From Octopus vulgaris (taxonomy: Eukaryota): a stretch of 64,000 bases of DNA. Location: the NCBI GenBank assembly GCA_951406725.2, contig OX597826.1, forward strand, positions 2,976,001-3,040,000, given 5' to 3'. Positions 12,829 to 26,945 of the stretch are shown piece after piece (position 1 is the stretch's first letter; each line of letters opens with the position of its first letter). Made by a program: the position numbers and the translations under genes. The notes beneath the pieces are model-generated. The model was not told where the DNA came from. It searched no databases and saw only the letters and a program-made list of their open reading frames with translations.

Positions 12829-13195
12829 AGGAGTGACTGTGTGGTAAGTAACTAGCTCACCAACCACATGGTTCTAAGTTCAGTCCCACTGCGTGGCACC
12901 TTGGGCAAGTGTCTTCTACTATAGCATTGTGAGCGGATCTGCTAGACGGAAACTGAAAGAAGCCCGTCGTATATATGTATATATATGTGTGTGTGTGTGT
13001 GTGTTTGTGTTTCTGTGTTTGTCCTCCCCCTCAACATTGCTAGACAACCGATGGTGGTGCGTGTACGTCCCCGTAACCTAACGGTGCAGCAAAAGGTCCG
13101 ATAGAATAAGTAGTAGACTTACAAAGAATAAGTCCAGGTGGTGATCCAGTATGGCCGCAGTCAAGTCATTGACATAATAAAACGAATAAAAGAAT
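12829..13195 (+). mobile_element. SINE family B (tRNA-like head, CORE-like ccttgggcaagt motif, internal microsatellite)
   Basis: ggagtgactgtgtggtaag...gttcagtccc...gcaccttgggcaagtgtcttctact...(TA/TG)n...taaaagaa tail; homologous to 49682-50152. Confidence 0.85.
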
Positions 13196-13220
13196 AAGTA
13201 ATATATGTATAATACATAAA

Positions 13221-13294
<74 letters not shown>

Positions 13295-14480
13295 CGCCAG
13301 TGTATACTATATTCGATAGATATATTGTGTTTCGCCGGATAATCGTAGACTAGTCAATCATTTCGCATCACTAGGTGACAATAAACGCGATCACTTTTCA
13401 CACTAATTTATGAGTTTCTTTCTATGGAAATAGGCAAAGCAAGTTTCCTTGAATCTGAAACGTTTAAATATTTAAACAAATTTATGAATTTGAAATTACC
13501 ACCATCTTCCAATGAGAACAGGATAAAACAGAAAGTCATTTCAATCTACTAAAGCGAATCGTCGTTGCGATGAAATTCTTTACGCTTATGGCGTTGTGGT
13601 ATTCCAAATTAAGTGATTCCATCGATCTATTTGAAATGACATGGAAATTATCATCAATTCCTAACTTGTCATATTCCAAAATACAAAGTGCTATACTTTT
13701 TAAGCATGGTAGATTTTTGACATACATATCTGATAGTGGAGTGACTGGTTGTAGCTGGAACTTATTGATCGATGAGAAAAGAAAATGAAGAGACAGTGAC
13801 ACAATTGTTTTCATGTGATTACTTATTTGTAATCACAGCCGTTGGAGCGTCGGGAAAAATGTCTTGCGATATTTGGTCCATTAGCTTACACTCCATGTTT
13901 ATAACCCATTTACCTTTCATCCTTCCAGGATAGGTACAAGAGTGTAGCAGTCAAATATTTATTGGATATTATTGATTTATATGCAACAATAAAAAAATTG
14001 TTAGATTTGTACCTTAACAACTTTTTATGTTATTCTATGTTCTACAATTTTACAATTGTATTACGTCACCATTTTGTAAGGCAATTTTGGTTCCATGTTA
14101 TGGTTCTACTCGTTAAATATGTGTACAGTTGTTAAATTCACACAGCTGTGATTCTCTTGTTCTGAATTCGATCTTGCAATTTTGTTTATTACTGACAACA
14201 TTTGTAATTACACATATTACCCAGTTAACCTACCATAGTGAAAATATTGCAGAAAGTATACCAGAAGGCAAGGAAACATTAATATGAAATAAAGCCTATG
14301 TTTGCAGAAGGCTTAGCAATAAAATACCATCGTAAATCTCAGGAGAATATAATAGTGTTGTTTTGTGTGGTCAATATACAAACGACACGTGCAGCTGTGC
14401 ATCTTTTCATATACTAATACCGAATGCAGTCTAATATGTTTCCTGTATATATATGCATATATACATGTATATATATATAT

Positions 14481-14538
<58 letters not shown>

Positions 14539-15439
14539 TTGTATGTATGTGTGTGTGTATGTTGGGGGTTATCCATATATACGTAAAACTATACACGCCT
14601 ATAAATATGTTATATATACATGAATGCAAGCATGCACATACGGCACTATTCATACATAAAGACATACATGCATGCAATTTTGGAGACTTCAACATATCAT
14701 GCTGGCTATTAGTGGCATAGAAAAGAAAAATAATAGCCGAAAACAGGGCACCCACATGACGTACAAACTATTTCCCAATTGCGTGCTTCGATCTCATGTG
14801 TAAAATAACTTTAAAAATCTCTATTAATATCATTGTTTTGGAAATAATAATACCCTCACAGGTTAATTGGCAGTAGTAAGGATGGTAGTTTGGTGAATAT
14901 GGATAACAAATCTTGACAAACATTACTGATATTAGAGGTACGAAGAAAAACATGGGCCACAGTCGCGATCTGGATGGTTTACAGGAAAGTATTCCATTTT
15001 GTACTTCACTCGTAGATGCTGGAGTTAAATTCCGTATATTTTTTAGAGCCGTAGCAAACCTGAGTTTCTTGGTGTCACCGATCTTATGTTACGTACCGTG
15101 AGTGCTTCTATTTCCTCCGATAGCATTCAGTGTTGCTGCAGAATATTTCAAGTTTAGTCTTTCGATTTGTCATAATTGTAACTCCTCGCTAGGAATTTTA
15201 AGAAAACCTGAATTATAAGCGACTGAGGCCTTAACACTAACCTAGCATAGAACTGCCTTGGTGACCCTCTGAAAATATAATTGAAGGTATGGAGGAAATG
15301 AAGGCAATCCATGGTCGATGTACGATATTCTCAAAACATAGAAATAGACTTTATCCTCGATAAATGTTTTCCCATAATCGCAGTAGAAGGAAAGACTATA
15401 AGCCCGTTTAGTAATATTGGTATCATAGTTTGGTACAAA

Positions 15440-15612
15440 GTCAGCATTTTCGGGGAAAAGCGTCAGTCTATTACATCGACCCCACTGGTACTTATCTCAT
15501 CGTTCACGAAATGATGAATGCCAGAAAAGACTTCGGTGGAATTTAAACTCAGCGCGTGAAGACGAACGAAACGACACTAAGAATATTACCCAGCGTAATA
15601 ACGATTCTGCTG
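15440..15612 (-). mobile_element. Old SINE family A copy
   Basis: Reverse complement shows the degenerate head, B-box and agtaccagtggggtcgatgtaat motif. Confidence 0.65.
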
Positions 15613-15765
15613 AAATATCGTTCAACCAATTTCACATGACAAATAAGGCACTCTTCTGTTTATTTCTCTATAAATTCTGGAGGAGTTACTTCAGTCCTAT
15701 ATAATCTTAACAAAAATACCGTGCTGCCTCAGTCCGTTTAATGATATTACTATAAATGGCTGCAT

Positions 15766-15977
15766 GGTGCGTTAGCAGAATCGTTAGCGCACCTGGCAGA
15801 AGGGTTAGCGTTATTCCGTCCGTCTTTACGTTCTGCGTTCAAATTCGACTCAGGTCGAATCTGCCTTTCACCACTTCGGGATCTATAAAATGCGTCCCAG
15901 TTGAGCACTTAGGTCGATGTAATCGACTTAAACCCAACAAGAAAATTGCTAGGCTTCAGGCAAAATTTGATTCCAAT
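15766..15977 (+). mobile_element. SINE family A monomer
   Basis: gcagaatcgttagcgcacc...gttcaaattc...gcctttcac...ggtcgatgtaatcgac...aaaatttga tail. Confidence 0.75.
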
Positions 15978-16356
15978 ATCACAATTAATGGCCTCATTAT
16001 TTCTCCCACATGTGATGATCATATTATTAATACTTAGAAGTAGAACATATTTTTTACTTGCTGGGATCTGAACCAAAGAGAATATGTCCCTACTCTATAA
16101 TGCTATAGAAAAGCAAATATTGTCCTTTGAACTTCCGCATGCAATAGATCAATAACATACAACGTGTTTACTGTTCTAATCCTCACACGAACATTTGAGT
16201 TGCTACATTGTATTGTTGATGAGGTCTGCGTTACTGAGTTTAAAATCCAAAGATTGTCATCACAAACTGGGAATTTCTTTTTAAAAAAAGGAAGGAAGAT
16301 TGCTTTTACGTAAAATGAAAATAAATCACCAAACAAATAAAATCATCCTGGTTTTC

Positions 16357-16413
16357 CTGGCCCAGTGGTTAGGGCAGCGGATTCTCAGTCGGAGGATCGC
16401 GGTTTCAATTCCC
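16357..16413 (+). mobile_element. tRNA-like head of SINE family C
   Basis: tggcccagtggttagggcagcggattctcagtc...ggtttcaattccc (A and B boxes); matches the minus-strand head at ~45160-45232. Confidence 0.65.
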
Positions 16414-17010
16414 TTTATTTATAGAAATGTATTCTTTCATACACCAAATTTATTTAAGACACTTTGATGTTATTGTATTGTGGTTGATAATGCTGTTTTT
16501 TCCGTTGCTGTTCCCAGCAAGTAATGAAAGGAAGCTGGGAAAAATTATTTTTCTGAATGCTTTCCCAATATCTATCTGTAGACTTGTTCTTTTGTAATTT
16601 TAAAATAATCGTGAAGTATGAGCTAAATTAAAGAAATCTCTTTGAAAGAGCCAAAACAAAGTGAACCAATCATTTGTTTCCTATAATCCTTCACTGTTCA
16701 GCAACACAAAAACAGATATTTTACAAGAGATCTCTTCTAAAAACAGTTTAAGAAGTACCGATGCAAAAACAATAAGAACAAGCTCGAGCTGCGGATTTTC
16801 GTGGCGTAGGCTACCCGTACACGAATCTTATAATATCTCATATGTAAAGGAATAATCTCCGCTGCTACGAAGGAGACGGCACTGAAAGAATTATTTCAAC
16901 ATAAAGCAACACATGAAATGCAAGAGAACGTTCTGACGCAAACATTACTGTAAGATAAATTCTTGTAAAAATATTTTGGTGAAAAGTTGTGATGAGGTGT
17001 CGCTGTATAC

Positions 17011-18333
17011 ATCAGGTTGGTGCCAAGGTAATGGCTGACTTTAAAGTCTCTATTCAAAATGAATTATCCCATCATTAAGCCTATGTTCATTCGCTAATGT
17101 AGTTTTCATTGCTTTGTAGAATTTCATTCCATCTGTCACCAAGCTTATAAATACTACGCTTCTAAAATTGTTGAGGTTTTGATGTGAAATAGGAACCCAA
17201 CGCATTTTCAACCTTTCCGCTTAATGTCACACTAAGCCCGTTTAAATGGTTCTGTAGTCCCCGAAACAAGTGGTAATCAGAATGAGCAAGGTCTGGAGAA
17301 TATGGAGCATGAAGTAATATTTCCCAACTAATCTCTTCCAAAAGAGATCTTTGGTCAGTCGAGCTGTTTGAGGACGAACATTATCATATTGGAAGATGAC
17401 ACCTTTTCTGTTGACTAAGCGCAGCTGCTTCCTGTTCGAAGCAGCTTTCAAACAGCGAAGTTTACCACAGTGGAGATTAGCAGTAATCGTTTAAATGTTA
17501 TCGAACAGTCCATAATGGAAAACTCCTTCAATTTCCCACCATACACTCAGCAGTATCTTCCTTGGTTGAAGTGTTCATCTTGGTTGTTGAAAAAGTTTTC
17601 CTCCTCGACCAATCAACGATTGGCGTTATTTCACGTTATGGTAAATGATCCACTTCTTATCGCTTGTAACAAGACTTCCTAAAGCTGGTTCCCTAAGGTG
17701 TTGTGAAAGCAATGATAGACAACAAACAACACGCTTTTGCATTTTATCTGGAGGCAGTTCTTGCGGGACCCATTCTCGAACATCACTGAAACTCTTCCAA
17801 TCCTTTTCAGTTGGCGTAGAACAGTTGTACAGGTTGCGTTAAACTGTTCTGTAAGTTCTGTATAATTAGGGGTTGGATTTTCTCTGACAACAGCTTCCAG
17901 CGCTTTGGAATCAAGTTGTTTTGAACAACCTTCTTTTGGTTCCTCTTTCAAACTCAAATCCCCACCTCTGAAGCGAGAAAACCATCTCCTGCAACGTATT
18001 TCACTCACTACATCATCCCCATAAAATCTTTGAAGAAACTTTGCTGCCGAGCTTGCATTGACATGTTTATGAAACTCATAGAGTAAGACAAGTTTAATAT
18101 GACCTTTAGACGGGACGAAAATGGGTGCGAATACAGCAGAAGAGTATGGCCAATACAATCAGAATCTGAAAGAAAAATATAGAAATTTCTCATTGTGACA
18201 GTCTTAAACATTGCAAAAAGCAAAATTTTAAAAATAGCATCCAAAACTCATCAGAAATATTGTATTTCTAAATATCGCAGAGAGACTTATAGAGTAGCAA
18301 CATAATAAAGTGATGGCTTGTTACCAACTTAAT
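17011..18333 (-). mobile_element. Full-length but degenerate mariner (DD34D-type) DNA transposon
   Basis: ~1.3 kb with TIRs atcaggttggt...ccaacttaat. Transposase remnants: HTH (HIKLVLLYEF...RCRRWFSRFRGGDLSL), WVPQEL, FQYDNVRPQTA and PYSPDLA.SDYHLF; frameshifted. Confidence 0.92.
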
Positions 18334-18420
18334 GTGGCAGCACCAGGAAAGAGAAGAATAACCACAGGAAACGCCGTTTCCAGTTGGTTATGTGATGCAA
18401 GCGTTCTGTGTCCTTAAGTG

Positions 18421-18548
18421 TTCAAACAGGGGAGATAAGCACCTCAACCCAGCAAAGCCAGCAACCAGAGACTAGTTTCAGTGTCATTGCTCTTCATCAT
18501 TCTGGAGTAGCTTGGCTTGCTAGTTGTTGATGCTTATTCGCCTTTGAA
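18421..18548 (-). ncRNA. Long imperfect hairpin capped by a degenerate type-I hammerhead ribozyme motif
   Basis: Minus strand: ccaga-ATGATGA-agagcaatgacact-GAAACTAGTC-tctgg, with flanks that keep pairing for roughly 40 nt. Confidence 0.6.
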
Positions 18549-18680
18549 AACTTACAGAATTTCAAAAACTATTTTGCAAAAAATCGTTCATTACTTTTGC
18601 ACCAAACTGATACAACATTTTCAGCTCAAATCTCATCCCTGTCATTAACGACTGCTTGTGATAGAAGTAGAACAATTGAG

Positions 18681-18739
<59 letters not shown>

Positions 18740-20940
18740 TACACACACACATATAAATTTAGAAATTACGCGATTGAGCTAACGATTCACCAATGCAATA
18801 TCTTACAGAATAATTTAATTTCCTAAAACCCATTTACGATTCATGAAATTGCTCTCCGTGTATGTTCTGGATTGATGAGTCTTTACCAGTAAATGATGTG
18901 GTAACTTGATCCCATCATGACCACTGGCAAATGGGCAGAATGGGCGCACACGCTAACGTACTAACAGAATGAAAAGAAAAATTATAATATGATATTAGAA
19001 ATATAAAACAGTATTTTAAAAAGAATGAAGGAAAAGAAGAAAAATAAAGAATGGGAATAAAAAGATATATCACAACACCAAATAGAAAAATAAAGATATG
19101 ATTCAGTTTTAAGAGATAAAATTTTGTTTTGACGAAAGACAATGACGTATTCTTTTGCCATAGATTGACATCACGCAGATGAAAGAAAATATAATTTAGG
19201 CAGTAAAACAAATGATTTACAGAGACCAATAGAATCCGGTAAATTTCCAAGTAGACAAAAACTTTAAAAAACAGGAACACATACATAGTCAAGTTAATTA
19301 AAGCAATGAGGTAGGCGTTGACGCTTCGTAAGCGCTGCAATCGGATAAGGTGTTAGGAAACTGTCATTATGCTAGATATATGAGGAAATTATGTGCATTG
19401 CAGCAGAAAAACAGAATCAAAAAGGTCTAGTTAGCAAATTATTTATGTCGTTATAGCATTGGCTGCAATATCTCGCAGTTCAATTTTATTCTCAATCTCG
19501 GCAGTCTGAGTTCAAATCGTGCTGCAGTTAACGATGCAATTATTCAATCTTTTTTTACATTAATTTTTTTTTATTTTATATTCTTTTATATTTTTACATT
19601 TTTACATCAGAAAAAAATACCAATCCAGCGTAGGGTGCCTTTCCAAAACTATAAGAGCTTAAAAGGGATGCCATATTTTAGCTGATGTCGTTTTTATTCA
19701 AACATCTTTGTGGATCGTTTGTATAGGGGCCGTAATCTACCGATCGATTTTACTATGTAGGGTGGCCTTTGGGTGCTATAAAAAAGGTTATTTCAGACAT
19801 TTAAGTCAGATCCTCCGACTGAATGTCCCTCCCTACTTTTCTTTCACTAGACTTTGATGATATTGGAGGCAATGTAAAAGGTCATGGTCCCTGCTTTCTA
19901 ATTTTACTAAACAGAGAAAATGGATATGATATTAACGCAAGTATGTTTCGAGAAACTTCGAACCACAAAGCACTGTGCCACAAGCAAGGCCCTCAGAATA
20001 ACATTATATTTATTACTAAACACATGTTTATTTAGTATCTAGTAGAGAAAGCATTTGCATTGGGTACCTTAGGAAAAATTATTCCTTGTAAAAATAATTA
20101 TTTTCTCTATTCCTTTCAGGAATATATTACTTGTAAGAGGCCATAGGCATTCTGATAAAGGTTATATCATTTAATGAATATATATATATTTAAAAAGGAA
20201 ATTATCCACGAGTTTACATGTTTTTTCTTCCCGATAAAAATAGCAGTCGAAAATACTGCTACGTGTTTTTAGAGGAAAATAATCTTTGTTCATAAAGATT
20301 AAGGGATGGTCATCCCTAGAATACCTTCAATCATAGGTAGACAAAATCGGTGCTGAGATGTGGTAGTTAAACATAAAGAAGAACAACAAGAGAGAGGAAC
20401 TTTTCAATATTATTTCTAACATCCTCAGGGTAACAAAACAAACGAACCTGAATTCTATACCAAGGTAAATGGATACTTTTCCAGAATCCCTCTATTTTTG
20501 CGTATTCACTCCTAAATTTAAAATTTCTCCGGCCAAGTTAACATATCAACATAGGCTTCGATTTTCGCTTCTCCCTCTCACAACATTCTCTCTTCTTTAC
20601 TCTTTGCTGTTCTTCCTTATTCAGTCACTCCTGATAATTCATCATAACGTTGTTTATTTCCATCTTACTGTCATTCTTAGAGTTGATCTCACAAGAAATC
20701 AATTTTGGGGCGTATGGAGGGGTCTTTTACTTATCTTATCACCCTATCTGTCTTCCATTTAGTTCTTCCATTTTGTACTAAAGATTTTTTGCTCCCTTTT
20801 CCTCTCACCCCCCATTTCTCTCCCATATTGCATGCACACACGCGCACACACATGCATATGCTCCTATATAATATACAAATTTGTATACGTATATAGATAT
20901 GTACATTTATGAAGGCAGGAATATACACACGTAATCTATC

Positions 20941-21073
<133 letters not shown>

Positions 21074-22184
21074 GCGTTTGCACCTCCCACATATAATAGT
21101 AATACACACATTTATCTCTCTCTCTCTCCCCACATATATATATATATATACCTACATACATACATATATGTACATACATATGTATACATACTTAATATAT
21201 ATAATATATATATATATATATACATTTGTGTGCGTGTGTATGTATGCGTGTATATACGTATGTATTCATTTGTTAACACAAGTCCATGACACATTTGACA
21301 TTCGATTTCAAATATCTTAATCCCAGATATTGTCCTTTTACGTTCTATGCTGAGAATCTCTCTCACTCTCCTCCCCTCCTTCTCTCCTTGTGTACATGAA
21401 CCTACATTCTCCATACATTTACGCATTTTCTCATATTATATTCTTCGTTCAACTCTTATTTTCCTTTTATTTTTGCTCCCTCGTGTCATCTCTCCACTTC
21501 GATACCTTCCGTCATCCTTTCCTTCCTCTCTCTCTTCAAATCGACTGTTATTTACGAAATTTGCCATACAAATACATAGATATTTTGGCAACTTTATTCT
21601 TTAACCGGAAACTAAATTCCATACAACTGCACGAAAATGAACCTTACATATGAGAAGTAGAAAAAAAAACCTCAACAAACAAAGACTAACTTTATCACAA
21701 TACCATTAGTATCCCCGATAAAATGTATATTGTGAATTATTTAGATGAGTAGGCGAACATTTCGGATTTTCGTGAGAGAAGGACAGACCTTTTTTTTTCC
21801 AGGTACTCTTACTCCCCATCGTAATCTATAAAATATATTGAAATATGCTTTTAACTTCGTTATTTCTTATTTTTATTTTACATGTCCCCATTTTTTGGTC
21901 GCTGTAGAAAATTCGATGTTTCTCTGTGAAGAAGGAACAGCTGTGTTCAAAATCTTGCAAAGTAATATGCATTTTCACAACAATAGTTACCAATACGAAA
22001 GCGTAAAAAGAGAAATTTCCCGTTAAGTATTTACAGGACTACTGACGTAGATGTCTTTAATACTTATTTTATTTCCATTTTATTAATCTTCTTTCCCGGG
22101 ACGTGAGTTGGCGTCCTCGATTTAGATGGCATATTGTGTAAAGTTTATCTCTTGCATTCAACAATGCATTTTGGTAACATTCGA

Positions 22185-22246
<62 letters not shown>

Positions 22247-22335
22247 ATCATACATATATACATATATATATATATGCATATATGTTTATATATGTATGTA
22301 TGTATATATATGTGGGTTATATGCATATATGTATG

Positions 22336-22367
<32 letters not shown>

Positions 22368-22793
22368 CGTTTATATATATGTATATATGCACATGCACAT
22401 TACGTATGCACATATATATACATGTGTGTGTGCGTTTGTGTGTTTGTGTGTTTGTGTGTGTGTGTATGAATGTATGTATGCTACTAGGCGTCCATTTATG
22501 TATGTTTTCGGTAAGAAATAATTGGATAAAGAGCGGGGAAGACACAAAGAAAGAATAGAAATATGAAAGTAGACGAAATGGAAATAAATAACGTGAGAGA
22601 AAGTAGGGAGATGTGAGAGGGGAAAAGAAGAAGAGTGTGATACGTATAGGTGGAGAGAGGGAGGGAGTTGGAGACTTAAAGGCAAAGGGTGAGAGAAGTG
22701 GAGAGAAATAATCTCAGAAAAAATAACATCGCATGTGACAGGAACTTAAAGAAAATGCACATGGATATTCATACATATATGTATATACAGACA

Positions 22794-23059
<266 letters not shown>

Positions 23060-24493
23060 GTAGCTGTGTATTTTTCTACATCCATATGCGTGGCATATGC
23101 ATATAGAAATACATACATGCATGTATGTAGAGTGCGTACGTTATTTTTGCTTTAATTTTTTTCTCTTTTTCGCAGGATATTGAAAGACGAATGTTTGGAA
23201 ATGCGAAAACGAATTGAAGAAAAAACATTATATACGAGACGTAAGAATATAAAATGAAAGACGAGTGTGACAGAGAGGTTGAGAAAGATAGAGGCGTGAA
23301 AGAGAGAAAGAGAGAGAGAGAGAGAAAGAGAGAGAGATCTTGATAGAAATAAAGAAGGGGAACATTTTGCGTGAGTGAATGAACGAATGTATTTCGATTA
23401 AAGAAATTTCGGTATGGATTTGCTAAAAGATGAAAGAGAAATTTAGAGGGAGAAATTTAATAAAAATATATAGTTATTTTGAGAAAGGAAAGATAATCAA
23501 TTTAGGCTACTATATAATGAAATTGTGTTGAGAGGGTTTCAAATATTTATGAAGTATACACATTTAAAGCATCAGATAGCAACTGACAAATGTAGTGAAG
23601 GTTTGCATTGAGATATGCGCGAAACGGAGAAATGAAATTCAAGAACACTTTAGCAGATGATTTAATATATAATGCGTTGCGGTTCGCGGTTATTTTGAAA
23701 TTTCTTATCATCATATATATGAGTAACTAATTTTTGCTCGGTCATTCAACGTTTAAATGTGAGAGGGATGGTTGTGGTCAATAGATAATCAGATGTGCAT
23801 GAAATTAACGGTTTTCAACAGGTTTGATTGTTCTTGTTTTTCATTTTGAAGTACATCTAATTCAGAAGTTTTACATGGTATGTAAACTTCGGTCATAAAC
23901 CTGTGAATTCAGCCACCACCTCAGCCAACCATCGGATAGTAATGTATTGTAAAGTGATTGTATGGTGATATCATATATATGATAACATAAAGAATTACAT
24001 CTGTTCCGCTGTAAAGTTGTATTCACCTAGTGAGTCTTAACCTCTTTCTCTAGAAGCACGAAAACGCATGAACGCAACAGAGTAGTCTAAGAAATCCCTC
24101 AACAATAGTACATTACAAATAAGAACATTCAACCATTGTAAATTCATTTCTTCTTTCACAGGGTACGAAATACAAAATCGGAGTACGAACTACAAAATTA
24201 CCAATTGGAAGTACATACCCGAACTACTCAGCATTAAAATCAAGGCTGCATAACATATATGCTCAGTGACGGTTGAGAAAATGGAGACAGTATAATCAAA
24301 TAGAAATATTTCTGAAAGCTTACAGCGAGCAAAGATAAACTATTCCCGCATTTCTGTTTTATGAAAGCATTCGTGAATGTTTAAGGTTAATTTCTTTTCG
24401 CAAAATTTCAGTTTTTTCTTGGCATCGGAGACAAGGAGCACAAATCTATCCTTAGATACGAGCTAGATTTAAAGAGGAGAGGATTGCATACTG

Positions 24494-24572
<79 letters not shown>

Positions 24573-25160
24573 GATAGATAGAGAGAGAGAGATCTAGAAA
24601 GTTCCTAAAGCTGATAATATGCCTATATCTTTATATCTTCCGCGTATTTTGAAATACATTTATAGACGCATTTCACGGAATCGAACACAGAAATCATGCA
24701 GTGGTTATTGGATATTATATCAGTTTGCTTTCACCTGAAGCTCAAATATTATTATCAAAACTTTAAGCATGTACACATCATATAACTATTATTATCACAG
24801 ATTTTATGTAAGGAGACGCTGTTACAAAACGGTAATAACTGTAGAAATAAATGTAAATGGATACACAAAGTAGTTTGACCGTAAGACAAAACGGAATAAG
24901 TGGGAAGATAACAAACAAACAATACTGGAATACCGTAGAGAATTCGAAACAAATTGTAATATAGCGTAATTCGTTTTCTATATTATTATTTAATATCCAT
25001 GAAAAATTATTTCTAATACTTCAAGTAATACAGTGTGTTTTATGATCTATCATTTTTACTTACACTGAGAGGGTTAAAATGATTAGAGAAAACGTGTATC
25101 AATTACAATGGAAATATATTATATAAATTACGAACATTGCCCATACATGCACATCTATAA

Positions 25161-25211
<51 letters not shown>

Positions 25212-25739
25212 TATATCTACACACAGACACATGCGTACATATATTTATATATATATAGGCCTACCTATGCAAACTTATCCTTTCATATATAATATATATG
25301 TAATTCTGAAGCCGTAAGGAAAATAAGATTACAGAAGGAAGGAATATAAGAAATATATTTTGTTATATTATTTTGCAATTTATAACGCAAAAGATCCTGA
25401 AATTAAAGCACTCAAAAGGAATCATTTTATTGGTCATATTATTCTGAAAAACAGAACAACAATTAAGTGTTTCTGTGGAGAACAAAGTGGACCATCACTA
25501 AAATTTCAAATTATGATACTATTAACTCAATTAAGGACTTCGTATATTTGGAAACAGGCAAAATATGCTATCACGAAAAACATCATACAAACAAATCTCT
25601 ATATACCTATACGTATATATACACATGTTTAAAATGTATATAAGGATGTGTATCTGTGTGTGAATGTGTGAGGTTGTTTACATTAATGCATATTGTATAT
25701 ATACACACATGCATACACGAAAGCTCACATATATATACG

Positions 25740-25800
<61 letters not shown>

Positions 25801-25819
25801 GTACTTGTATAATACATAC

Positions 25820-25850
<31 letters not shown>

Positions 25851-26317
25851 CATATAGATAATTGTTATATTTTTCCATTTGTAATCCAACTATGTAGATA
25901 TATATAATATACATACACACATACGCACACAAATACATATATCTACACACATACACACACATATATATGCTTAAATACATATGTGTGTGTATGTGTGTGT
26001 GCTTGTTCATGTGTGTGTTTGCGTATGTGTACGTGTATATGTGTTTGTTCGTGTATGTGTTATACTTACATCATTGGATAGTAGATGCAAAGAAAAAGAA
26101 CAAATGAGACTCTTTATCCCCCGAAATGTTTTCAACAATAATCGTAATTTCATTGGAATGAGTTTATGTTAAATCACAGTTAAAGCTGCTCTTCGATGTT
26201 ACAGATTATATGTTAGGCGTATTCTTATAATGACATCGGGGTACATAATCTCACTTGATGTTACATGCTCACATATTAACACGAAACACACACATATACA
26301 TACATATATATATATAC

Positions 26318-26400
26318 ATGCTTACATATTATATGTCCAGCTAAACTTATAAATGAAATATATTTATTCACATTCTCAATTACAATCGTACAAGAAATAA

Positions 26401-26460
<60 letters not shown>

Positions 26461-26543
26461 TTATTTCTTGTACGATTGTAATTGAGAATGTGAATAAATA
26501 TATTTCATTTATAAGTTTAGCTGGACATATAATATGTAAGCAT
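26318..26543. repeat. Perfect 226-bp palindrome: 88-bp unique arms around (AT)25
   Basis: 26318-26405 is the exact reverse complement of 26456-26543, and the spacer is self-complementary. Confidence 0.95.
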
Positions 26544-26569
26544 TTAAAGTGTTATTCTGATATTCGTTT

Positions 26570-26945
26570 CAGTTATTTGATCGGGACCATGCTGGAGCAC
26601 CGCCTTGAAATATTTTAGTCAAAGAAATCGACACCAGGACGTAATGTCTTAAGACTTGTGCTTATTCTGTAGCTTTCGTTTGTAGAACCGTTATGTTACG
26701 AGTTACGTCGTCGTAAACGCACTAACACCGGTTCTCAAGCGGTGGTGGAGGGACAAATCATATAAAAAAGACAGACAGACAGATAAATATACACACACAC
26801 ATATGCATATACAGCAGTCTTCTGTCAATTTCCGTCTACAAGATCCACTCAGAAGGCTTTGCTGGCTTTGAGGCTATAGCAGAAGACATCTTTTAAAATT
26901 TCCATGCAGTCAGACTGGACCCGGAACTATGTGGTTGGGAAACAA
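26570..26945 (-). mobile_element. Old SINE family B copy
   Basis: ccatgctggagcaccgcctt, gctatagcagaagacatc and other motifs are the reverse complement of family B. Confidence 0.75.

Noticed and set aside
14830-15400. Possible ancient LINE RT relic; also unexplained complex sequence at 23560-24460 and 29050-29760
   Set aside because: Only isolated weak motif resemblance, so I cannot support a call by eye
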